Assembly (NCBI GenBank): GCA_030704615.1
Contig: CM060731.1
Location: 3,906,001 to 3,970,000 of the forward strand
Direction of reading: 5' to 3'
DNA from: Takakia lepidozioides
Taxonomy: Eukaryota > Plantae > Bryophyta
Length of the DNA stretch: 64,000 nucleotides
This document shows, piece after piece, positions 53,061-64,000 of this stretch. A model generated the notes under the pieces. That model was not told where the DNA came from and did not search any database. It was given only the letters and a program-made list of their open reading frames with translations. Every line of letters starts with the position of its first letter. The first letter of the stretch is position 1. A program made the translations under genes and the position numbers.

Positions 53061-53947
53061 CCGGTGTTTGGGATGGGCAGCTGCGGAGAAAACATCAACT
53101 GCAGATGCCCTGAAAACAGTGTGCGGTGCCGCACACTGTTTTCGGGGCATCAGTATAGGAACCTACCTACCTCTATCCGATCATCTCAAACAATCCACCT
53201 CTAGAGATACTCCCAACTCCACCCTGGTAGCATCCGCCATCACCCCTCCCTCCCCGCCTGTCCACCTCCCTGCATGTATCATATTGTTTTCATCTATGAT
53301 TGCATATGCATGATTGGGTGCGTACATATGCCGGAACTACATACGTACGTACACAGACGGCGTTGACACATTCATCTAGCTAGGCAGACAACTATGCATC
53401 CACATCCACAAACATTTGTCCATAAGAAGTGCATTTGCTTGTGTCAAGTCAAACCACATACATTGAATTCATCCTGGCCATCCCAGAGAATGTTCCATTC
53501 AAACACAACGACATTCATCCATTTCCAAACATGCAAGGCCTTAGTATACACACCACATCTAAATCATTCTATTCCATGTGGGCGATTTTCACGTGTCCAA
53601 GCCTCAATTCCACTCCGGCTAACTTTTGGGTTTGGGAATGTGCACTGTAAGTTGCTACTACGCTTGGACTGGTAAGAAAGCTTCATGTAACCAACACACT
53701 CATTCTCTCTCATTTCGGCAATCATACACTAATCAAATCGATGCTATAACACGAGGGCGGGGGGTGGGATGGATGTAAAATATGTCGTCTACAATGACTG
53801 AAAAAGGTAAATCAATCCGCGGAAATAGGTGCCTCCCGTGGAAATACGCCCTATAAGTTTGGAATTCAAAGATGATGTGACATGAGCCTATGCTAGGCTC
53901 ACGGGCTCACAGGCTCACGCCTCCAGGCTTACGGAATAGCAACCCTC
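52430..53947. mobile_element. Non-autonomous MULE (1.5 kb) related to the giant element
   Basis: 9-bp TSD CACTGCCAT/CACTGCCAC (52421-52429, 53948-53956); imperfect TIR GAGGGCAGCTA / GAGGGTTGCTA; the right 200 bp is homologous to about 17170-17358. Confidence 0.85.
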
Positions 53948-54789
53948 CACTGCCACTATACCAGTTTGTTGCACTACACTAGGAAAGCACTGCAGACAAG
54001 CACTTTGTAGTAGTTTGTGTGAATTCTGCAAAGGACCTACAATCTAAACTGAAAGTATTGTTGTAGTGTTTGCTCCAAACCAGTGCATCCCACGTATAGG
54101 CAAGAAAGTAAGAAGATGGTGGATGGGACTCCTAACGTGCAACAACAATGCAACGACACACACATGCAAGGGGAATTCACTAGAAGAGAAACCGGTTTTT
54201 TCCACACTTTTTGCTGTGGAATCAGCCACAGTCCACACCTGCCGTGGGTGTAAAGAACGACTAGTGCTTTCGGACACCCCGTGGACGGCCTGGCTCTCGG
54301 GTGGCCCTGTGGAAAAGTCCACGGGTGGCTTTTTTCACGGGGTGCATGGTGACATGGCCGCTGACATGGCGGATGGCATAGCTGACATGGCAGAGTGTGA
54401 AAAAAGCCAGTGTGACATGTTTCACGGTGGATTTCACACCTTGAACAAGCCAGTATGCGACACGTGTCATATTTCACACCTTCGACAAGTCACTATGCAA
54501 CACGTGTTCGTTCTTGTGTGGTGGTACGCATTAATTAATTATTAATTGATTTCCAATATTAAGTTTGAATATTAATGGATTTAATTTATTGTTATTATTA
54601 TGATGATTATTATTGTTATTATAGGGAAAATGGACAGTGGCCTTGATGAGAACATTCTTAAATAAAAATATTGAAATTATATTTTTAGAAATTATATTTA
54701 TTTGCTCAGATACCAAAACACACCCTTTGCAGGGAAGGAGTTTGCCTTAGTGTCTATGTTGAGTTGCGTCTCATACTCTCTGTAATCTA

Positions 54790-55560
54790 ATAGGCATTCA
54801 CCTTTTTCCCTCGGTTGTCCCACCCTTGACTGGGGTCAGAAAAGCATTCATTCCACAGCTCCTCCTCATCTCTGTTACATGTTTCTGGATACTTTTCTAT
54901 TGTCACTTTGGCAGTATCATGTCAAAATCACTCCAAACTATGTACCATCTACCCATGGAGGTTTCTTGTAGCTATCCTTCCACAGGGAATCATAAGTAAT
55001 CTGGAGCTTAAAATCTGGCCCTCTTGGATGACACTCTATCCCTACTCTTTCAGCTATCTATGCCTCTGCACAGATCATGCATACATCCTTGCATTGATGT
55101 TAGCAGCTGACAATGGCAGCCTAGATTTGTTCCAGCAAACACCCAACTCAATTTATCACACCAGTTCCTATTCTCAATTGCATCTACCACTCTGTAATCC
55201 AAAGGCATTTACCTTCCAAGACGGTTCTCCCACCATTGACTGGGGTCAGAAAAATATTCATTCTACAGCTTCTCCTCTCTGTTACCTATTTATGGATACT
55301 TTCCTATTGTCACTTTGGCAGTATCATGTCAAAGTCTCTCCAAACTATCAAAGGTTCACTCAACCAGCTAACTTGCAGAATTCTTAAAACATGAAAATTT
55401 AGGGCGATTATGATAAGAGGGGAAAACAGAGTGAAATATGTTGAAGAAGGTGCCTTGATTAGCATTGCCTGATTTTATCAATTGTGTCGCCGCTGCTGCG
55501 GCTTCCAGTTGACCATCTACCCATGCAGGTTTCTTGGAGCTATTTTTCCACATGGAATCA
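54790..55560 (-). pseudogene. OSB-type PDF-motif (organellar ssDNA-binding) gene remnant, 2-3 motifs
   Basis: Translates as EEKL*NEYFSDPSQWWENRLG|intron|HPRGPDFKLQITYDSLWKDSYKKPPWVDG, a second EEELWNECFSDPSQGWDNRGKK, and a partial DSMWKNSSKKPAWVDG. Confidence 0.65.
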
Positions 55561-56735
55561 CCCCTTCCCGCATCATTGCTCATAGGTCTCCAAAGCCTCC
55601 ATCCGCGCCCTTGCTGTGCATATCCTGCAATCATCGCACTCCACGACACCACATCTCGTTCAGCCATACTGTCGAACACTTCCTTTGCATCCTCGATGCA
55701 CCCACATTTGGCATATATGCAGTCCACTAGGGCAATGTTCAGAATGACATTGGGTACAATTCCAGATTTGACGATGTCACCATGGACCTCTTTGCCCTTT
55801 TCCAGAGCTCCCAGGCTTGCACATGCATTACAAACAAATGTGATGTGGTTGGGCTTCACCCCTTCGCGCATCAATTGCTCATAGGTCTCCAAAGCATTCC
55901 TACCACACCCATGTTAAATCCTGCCAACATTACATTCAACGTGATCAAAGTTCGTTGAGGCATACCGTTGAACACTCGGTGTGCATTCAAGATGCTCCTG
56001 CACTTAACATACATGTTCACAAGGGGGTTGAGGAGAAAAACACTTGGCGTGAATCCACTTTGGATAATGTGAGTGTGCACCTGCTTTCCAGCTTCCAAAC
56101 CCTTCATTTCGATGCACTTAAGCAAGAGACGGACATATATATCTGAATCTGCTGAAATGCTCCTTGGTTTAAAGGTTGTAGAGCCTCTTTCAGTCTGCCT
56201 GCCTCACAAAGCATCAAGATTCACATGCCCAAAAGAGCCAGAAGAGGCATTATGGACTCCTTCTCTTGATCATCTTTTAGAAGTTGTGGTCATGGTTGAG
56301 GTGCCTGATTTAAATCAGGGCTGCCAGGCCTGCAATGCACACAAACATGATGTGGCCGGGCTGAACCCCTTCCCCCCATCATTTGCTCATAGGTCTCCAA
56401 AGCCTCCATCCCACGTCCCTGCTGTGCAAACCCTGCAAACATCGCACTCCACGACACCACATCTCATTCAGCCATAGTGTTGAACACTCCCTTTGCATCC
56501 TCGATGCACCCACATTTTGCATACATGTCCACTAGGGTATTGTTCAAAATGACATTTGGTACAATTCCAGCTCTGAAGGTGTCACCATGGACCTCCTTCC
56601 CCTTTTCCAGAGCTGCCACGGCAGTGTTTCAAATGACATTAGGTACAATTCCAGCTTTGATGATATCCCCATGCACCTCTGTGCCCTTCTCCAGGGCTGT
56701 CAGGCCTGCAATGCATACAAACATGATGTGGCCGG
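55560..56735 (-). pseudogene. PLS-class pentatricopeptide repeat (PPR) pseudogene, interrupted by a CACTA element
   Basis: GKEVHGDIVKSGIVPNVIL..YAKCGCIEDAKEVFDSMAERDVVSWSAMIAGYAQQGRG; LVNMYVKC..AHRVFNGMPQR; several frameshifts. Confidence 0.9.
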
Positions 56736-59700
56736 CACTAGTACAAAAACTGGTTTTTTTAACGGCTCTTCTCACACATTTTGGTGTGAAAAAAGCGCAA
56801 GTTCACACCCCCCCTTGGTGTTAGGTTAACCTAGTCCTTTGCACCACATGTGAACTTTCTTGGTTCTGTGAAAAAAACCATCACACACCAAACTTGCACC
56901 TGATGTGGCAGTAGGCTTAGGTGGCTCTTTTGACGGATGTTTTGACGGTCGTTTTGACTGGTTAGTTCAACTACTATTTTGACTAAGTAATCTTAATGGT
57001 CTTTCTACGGTACTTATTACACCTCGGCGCCACCATGTTTGCCACATGTATGTCAAAGGGAATGCCACGTAATAGAGTCCATCAGAATTATTAAATAAAT
57101 AATAGATATTAAGGGCTCTTCTTACGGACTCTCTCACACAGATTTAACACCAGGTTCAAGTCGTGGTGTGATCGCAATGACACTAGTGTGAATACTGTCA
57201 CATCCACTGTTTTGTTCCTATTGGATGAAAAGTAAACAATTATTATTTGTTGACAAATGCCAAAATGAATAGTCATATTATTATTATTATTATTCTTATA
57301 ATAAATGGGATAGCACCCCAAAAGCCATTGGCTGCTTGATTTAATATGTAATATATTATTGTTTTAGAATTTTGATTTGTTTTGTTTCATTTAAACAAAA
57401 GCTTATTTAAAACATGGATAATAATTGTATTATGAACCACATTGACCAGTAGTAATGTTATTAATATTAAATATAGCAAACAACCAGCAAAATACCACAT
57501 TCATGTCTACACAAGTTTAATTTGGCTTGATGTGGGAAAATGAAGTTGCCTTTGAACAAGGGGATCTTGTGATCATACATGAGAATAGCAAGAGCATCAA
57601 TTCAAAAAATATTGTTGATGTCAGAAGAGCAGTTTTGTTCACCTGTCTCAGCAACCTTCAATCCATAAAGAAAACTAAACTAAACTTGTAGCATCTTCAA
57701 TATCACGCGTGTTTAATAAACTTTTCAGACCATAAGGTGGCACTTCCCTGCGTGTCACCCAATGTGGTATGATTAGGGGTAACAGAGTAGTCCGGGTACG
57801 GCAACACAACCTCTGAAATCATGACCGATTTCACATGGATACGGTAATAGTTGTCTGGCACATTTGCTTTCGGAAATCCAGCAATATATCCCACACTTGC
57901 CCTTCTTTTTGGTGCACAAGGATCAAACAATAACACCTTGTCGCCGATCTGAAACTGCAACAAAAACCAGATTCCTATATCAGAAATGAACCCTGGAGAA
58001 CAGAGACTGACAGCTTGGCACTCCTGCAAAATGCATCCTCGTTCTTCCAGCAAACACCCCAACCCTACCTATTGCAGTACTTCCAATTCTGAATTGCATT
58101 TGCCTGTCTCTATACTCCATGCTGACATGATCAAAGGTGGAACGGTGCCATACCTTGTTGATAGCAGGTTCTGCATGGTCAACATGGATATGGTAGGACG
58201 ATGTCACAAAACTACCTTTGTAGGTTGTCAATCCTGCAGCTACACAGCGATACATAGGGGGTGTATTGATCCAGCATCAGACAAGGAAACAAAAGAGGAC
58301 AAAGGAAGTACTTACACTGTGCGGATTTTGTTGGTCACCCCATGGTTCAGTTACATCCACTATGGTTGTAGTCTGATTGATAGCACATATTGTGCTTTCC
58401 CTGCCCATTGAACGCTTCACTGGTTTCACCATCTGCATATTGAATGACACATGATCAAAAAATGAGAATAGCACGAATGACACACATTGTGAAGTAGCAT
58501 TAACAATACAAATCCACCCACGCGCCCAAGCATTGAATCTTTTGATCTCACCTTTCTTTGATTATGCTTTGTTGTTGCATCGGGAGGCAAAGTCGTTGGA
58601 ACTCTGGCAACAGGAAGCCCTGGTTCGGATGCCTTTGCAGATTGTTATGATCCACTACCCATGGCTGCAGTATTGAACAAGTAGTTGGGCTGCCCATATC
58701 TGTATGGGTGCCCTGACACATACTCAGGGATGTGTGCAGCCTTGGATACACCCTCTAACCAAGGCAGTAATTCTTTCATAAGCCTCTTGCAGTTTGGCTG
58801 ATCCCTCAACTTCCATGGATACGGGAAGATGCAATTATTTGCAGGGTTGGGTAAGCAAGTGAGTGGGGAATCATCCACCAGCAAAGTATTGGTTGGATTG
58901 TAATGGCTATAGTCCTTCCAAAACTTACATAAGTTCTTGTACATGACAGTTTTAGAAGGATTGAGAGGGTCCACCATTCCCACAGGTTGGTCACAATAGT
59001 CTTGGTGAAGCACCATCTTTGGTTGCTTCCCAGGAAACAATGCTTTCACAACTGGAAGGACATTACTCAATGACATGGAAGACCATACACCTACATCAAA
59101 AATCTGAAAGCATCGGTCCAGAAACTCCTGACACCCAGGTCTGGAGGTGACAGTGGGCTCTAGGTGTTCCCTTGTTCGTAGTCTACTCTCACATAACAAT
59201 CCATTCAAGTCAAGTATAAGGATGTGTTTCTGCCTCTCAGTTGCCGAAGGGCAATTACCAACAACTTGTACATGATTATCATGTACAAAAGACACACCTT
59301 TCTGTGGGGCACTCTGCAAATTCATGGAGACCTCACAGGCATATTGAGAGGGTAGTACATATGCCGGAAGTGCTACTGGTGTAGGGGACAACAAAACGGA
59401 TGAACACTTTGCAGTTGCCTCAACAATATGGGGGGATGGATTGAGTTCACCTTCAGACCAACCCTCCATGTCATCATCCCCCTCCATTTATGAAAGCCCA
59501 AACAATGAGCCTATTGTGTTTGGCTTTCGTGGCGGTGAAGAAACTGCCTTGAACTGGTTGAGTGGTGAGCCCATAACATGAGAAATAGTCTCATTTGTTG
59601 TGTGTGGCGCAAAGGTGGTGCATGGTGGACCTGTAGGTTCCGAATCTGGCACATTCATGCCAAGTTTAGCTGCGAGCGCAATGTTGAATGCAGCTGCTGC

Positions 59701-61750
59701 CTCCAGTTGGCCTACTTCCAAAGCTGCCTTGGAGCTGGCTTCCATCTGCACTTGTTTGTTTTCCATAGCATCGAGGCGAGCTGCTAGTGAACCAATTCCC
59801 TGCCCCATCACATAGAACACCTCCAAAGTAACAATTCACTACACTGACTGATGAACTAGTAAGAAAACAGAACCAAACGACAACTAGCAATGGCATGGAA
59901 ATCACTATGTAATTCACACCAGAATTGGTACTAAGTTTAATATACCGTTGTGGCTGCACTGCCTGTACACCCCGAGCCGTAGCCTTTGTCACTCCTGGCG
60001 CTACCGGCGATCTCCTGCAAACTTGGTGTACGTCCAGTCTCCTTCTCCTGTGATTGCAACAAACTTGCAAGTGTTAATGACTAGCATAGCACACTGCTAA
60101 CAGTAAAGAATTATCTAGGATAGCGTCAACGACTCCCCCTCAATAAGAGTGCTTAGTTTCTTGCTGGCGCCCAACTCTGAGAAGGCCCCCAAGTAGTAGC
60201 AATGTGTACTAATTCAATGGTGATAGGAATAGACTCTGAGCTCCAGCCAAAAAAACCCAACACATAAAGTTTGTCAATGCAAAACAATGTGGGAACTTCC
60301 TATGTTGTAAGAGAAGTATACCAGTCGTGCTACAACACCGCTGATTCCACTTCGACCTGATCGAGATGTATTCTTCACACATCCCCGCGCCTTGACACCA
60401 TTTGCCTGAAATTTCTTGAAATCAGTGGAACCCCAACTAACAACTAGTTGTGCCCATGTCTTGTCTGGCACATGATGGGGTTTGGGCAGCCCCACACTAT
60501 AGTAATTTTTGAACAGCTTATTTCGTTGGTACTTGAGCTGCCCGCAAATTGTTTTTGTAATAGCCTTTATGTTAAGACCAGGAGGTCCGTATTCCCAATC
60601 TGAAGCCAGGATCTCCATGATCTTTTCAATTAAGTGTAATGGTTGATCCTGAGCATACAATGACCAGTCCAACAAACATTGACACTGCCCTCGCAGAGCT
60701 GTCATCCACTGGTTCCGAGCAGGACCTTCAGGGTTTCCAAGTTCATCACAAGAAATGAAAAATTTCCTCCTCCCTACAGCCACATTATGAGCAGCCTGGT
60801 CTCTCAGAACTTTTGTAAGTGCCCTTCTTTCCCTCCTTAAAGCATTTTTGCGTTCTATAGGAGTCACACCTAATGTCCCCCCAGGACTAAGGCTGGAATC
60901 CTACAAGGTTTCAGCAGTACCATGCATGTTACCACCTTCACTCTGTTGGGGCTGGATTGCTGTCTCCCACCCCACAGGATGATGCGGAGCAAATGCATCC
61001 TTGGTCTGTTTCAGAATGCCTTTCCCTTTCAAGGTATTAGGTGTACTTGGAGATGTTGGATAAAGAGGTGGCCGCGGTGCAGTGAAGCTCGAAGGTGCCG
61101 GCAGTTGTACTCCACTGTAGTTGGATCCTGAAGGTTGGTGGCCACCATACTGGACCTGCCCCTGGTGTGGTCTTGCAGGGCTGGTAGGATAGAGGGAGGA
61201 AGTAGGTTGGTTGTACATAGGCCGAGGAGGATACATACTATGGGGATGCATTCCATAATGGTGGTAAATGGAATACCCACCTTGACTAGGATCATGCATT
61301 GGAGCGCCTGCAGGTGGAGCAAAAGAATTGTAATTCTGGCACTGAGAATCATTGTTTGGAGGTTGATAGTGAGGATACGGCATGTGCCCATGCAGATTAT
61401 ACCCTGACATGGCAGGATACTGTGGGTACATAAGCGGATACGAGGGAGGAGCCGATACTGGTGGATACAAGGGAGCTGGAACGTCAGTCTGTGGAGTGGG
61501 CGGGGCTGGTTTTTCGTAAGGGGGAACAACCGCGCCACTCATCACAGCAGTTGGCGCAATAGTTGGTGCACACTTTGCTGGAGTAAGAGACTTATGCTCG
61601 TTCGCATCCTTCCCTGCAATTCCCTTCCTTTTTTTGACTGAACTCTGCACACATTGCTCAACAGAAACATGTGAAACAATATGACCATACTACTAGGGAT
61701 GGCAAACCACGTGGGTAAGCCAAGCCCAAAGGCCTATGCAAGAAGACCCT
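56736..61750 (-). mobile_element. CACTA (En/Spm) element; other end not identified
   Basis: Terminus CACTAGTACAAAAA begins exactly inside a PPR repeat (compare 56341-56365); subterminal TCACAC/GTGTGAAA repeats; TnpA-like coding sequence inside. Confidence 0.75.
57703..61650 (-). pseudogene. TnpA-like (Ptta/En-Spm) protein with embedded FCP1/NIF-like HAD phosphatase domain
   Basis: Pro-rich N-terminus; KPHHVPDKTWAQLVVSWGS..ARGCVKNTSRSGRSG (Transposase_24-like); ILILDLNGLL, RPGCQEFL..FDVGVWSS, YNPTNTLLVDDSP..NPANN (FCP1-like); YYRIHVKSV..LPYP..TLGDTQGSATLW (Tnp1/En-Spm C-terminal-like). In-frame TAA at 59488-59490 and 58645-58647. Confidence 0.75.
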
Positions 61751-61799
61751 GTCAGTCAGACCTATGGTACAGTCAGCTGAATCGCATGCCTCATACCAG

Positions 61800-63077
61800 C
61801 GACCCTATGATAAATACCTGAATATTAGGAAGGAAGAACTCACCCTGCTAGATGAATCTGACGTGGAGGCTGAAGTGTCTAAGGCCATGTCAAAAGCATG
61901 AAGAATGTCCGAACAAAACAATGTTAAGGCATAAACTTCCCTGAACTCGTTTCCAGTTTGTGACATGGGTGAGGACTTTGAGGATGATCTGAAGGGCAGA
62001 CCTACCCTTGGCACTAGACTGAAAATTTAACCTCCGGATGGGGAGTCTACCTTTGAACAATAAACAGATGCAGAGAGGAAAGGGAGATTGTCGATGCTCA
62101 CTGGTGTGGGTGGCCTGAAGACAATGTATTTTGTGATACAAGTCTGGGGTATTCTCATCAGAGAGCGACCCTCTTCAGGACCATCAAGAACATAGTCCCT
62201 GCACCTCTGTTCACCAACTATCAATATCTCAAGGCTGAGTCTAAAGCGGTGGGCCCTGTTGGGGTCTCATTGCTTGGTAGCCCACATACAACAAAACTGA
62301 TGAACGTGTGAAGGGCTTTCTAAAAAGAATCTGGAAAGCCTGAACTAATGTTTATAACACGGTAAGTCCTACTAATGGAGTGAGCCCCTCATTCTAATGG
62401 CAGACAGTTAATTAACTGTCTAGAAGATCTTCAGCTTTTCACCTTGAATATCAGGACAAGAGGTGACCAAGTGCAGTGGACTCGTGAGAAATCCCAAACT
62501 GGGGAACGCTCCATTGTGGATTATATCATAATGGACAAAAATTTGTTCCCCCAGTGTGCGAATGTGTTGATCGACAGAACTGATATTGCTACCTCTGACC
62601 AGTTCCTGGTTTGGAATGAGATCAAAAGGTGTTTTCCCAACACCAAGAGATATGTGAAACATTCGATTCGGAAGTGGCGCATAGAAAAACTTCATAATGA
62701 GGAGGTCAAGGTTGAGTATGTCTAGGCCTTGCAAGAGGCTCTCCCTCTCGATGCAATCGCTCCAAGAACTTCAGTCTCGCTCTGATAACGCAAGAAATGA
62801 AGTCGAAAGAGCAGGGGACTCTTGGGAGAGTTTCGTTTCCTCCGTGGTTGACAAGATCATTGGGATGAAACTAATTGTCTGTGCTAGAGCTGTTAATTGG
62901 TGGACCAATGAGATTAAACTCAAGATAGCTGAGAGACGAGCCCTCTATAAAGAGTGCTGCAATTTGGAAACCAACAGAGAATTGTGGGCGAGGTACTACC
63001 AGCTCCGTAAAGATATCAATCAGCTTGTTAGGTCTCAGAACCCTAAATTATACTGGGACAAGTTATATAATGTTTGA
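61800..63077 (+). mobile_element. Two rearranged fragments of the same LINE family as 33100-35760
   Basis: 61800-62370 matches about 35130-35660. 62390-62840 matches about 33630-34070 and continues into WWTNEIKLKIAERRALYK. Confidence 0.85.
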
Positions 63078-63701
63078 AACTCGGAACTTTGGTGCAGATC
63101 GCAAACCTGCTGATGGGTTGGGGAGTTTGCAGGGTGCTTTGCGCGCTTTCTCTTTGTTGGGGCTTCTTTCATCGTTTCCATCTCTGACTCCGAGCTGGTC
63201 TCATTCAAGTCTTCATGTGCGGCATAATCTTGGTCTCGCTGCAATTCTTGCTCCCGTGCCTCCTCTGTGTCTGACTCCGCTACCACCTGCGCTTCCTCCT
63301 CTTGCTCTACCTCTTTCTCCCGTTGTGACATTGCAGAGTGGAGGAGTTGAACTCTGTGACTTCGGCGAGGAGGACCTGTGTGTTTGAGGATTTCCTCAAC
63401 GAGGCGTTTAGGGCGACTCAATCTCGCTTCGACGCTGCAAAGAAGAAGAAGAAAGACAATGTCAGCAGCAGCAAAACCCTAACATATCCTCTCTGCAGGT
63501 TTGGAGCTTTTAATGCGGTTTCATGGCTAGGGCTAGGTAGGGCATATGAAAAAATGCAAGTTCGGACCTCTTTGCAATGTCGTAGATCTTCAGTCGTGCG
63601 AAGAATGCCTTGTTCTCCGCTTGACGCTTTGCTCGTTCTACCTCCCTCGCTGTAGGCTTGCGCCCTGGTGTAACTTCTGGACACTCTATGTATGTCTCCA
63701 T
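63035..63701 (-). other. Charged/acidic ORF fragments, probably transposon-derived
   Basis: Glu/Arg/Lys-rich ORFs (128 and 63 aa) with no recognised domain. Confidence 0.25.
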
Positions 63702-64000
63702 TTCCTGACGAGTCTCACTCAGTCGCCAAGATGATCCCTCCTACTGCCCATCGATTGCAAAGGCGGACACAAGCAGAACATGACGATGACAGATTGTGGA
63801 AACTAGAGGAAGCGCGAGCAAGAAGACTGGGTCTTCGGAAAATTCTATGTCCATGCAATGCCTGTCATGGTGGGAACTGGCAAACCATTGGCCGGGCTAA
63901 GCGTCATCTGATTTTGAACTTGCGAGATCCTAACTTGCGAGAACTCCCGGTGCATATCTGTGGATTCTCTTCCCTTAACCCTGATGCATACTTTGAAATT

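Noticed and set aside
54000-54752. Second CACTA element end (TAGTG at about 54748-54752)
   Set aside because: Subterminal-like repeats are present, but no matching TIR pair or 3-bp TSD could be established.

Overview
This is eukaryotic, intron-containing nuclear DNA from a land plant. The PLS-type PPR motifs, the DUF707 gene and the transposon families suggest a non-seed plant (bryophyte, lycophyte or fern), which is an inference. Only two host genes look intact: a cytosolic pyruvate kinase (24628-26513, minus) and a DUF707 gene (about 28287-37219, minus). The rest is transposon-derived. The highlight is a giant Mutator-like element (over 17 kb, left end outside the window, right terminus at about 17358). 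It carries a GCM-like/DDE/SWIM transposase on the minus strand and a 7.4-kb higher-order array of 116-bp monomers, each with a 36-bp palindrome. Directly downstream of the array is a 9-exon gene fusing a ParB/Srx-like domain to a beta-class amino-DNA-methyltransferase domain. The same palindrome core recurs in a 1.5-kb non-autonomous element with the same terminus (52430-53947), so it appears to be a family-level cis-element. Also present: a decayed At1g60560-like SWIM/MULE transposase, several TSD-flanked MULE/hAT elements, LINE remnants, a PPR/OSB-PDF-motif pseudogene, and a CACTA element whose TnpA-like gene embeds an FCP1-like HAD phosphatase domain. Exon models were built by eye, and no database searches were run.
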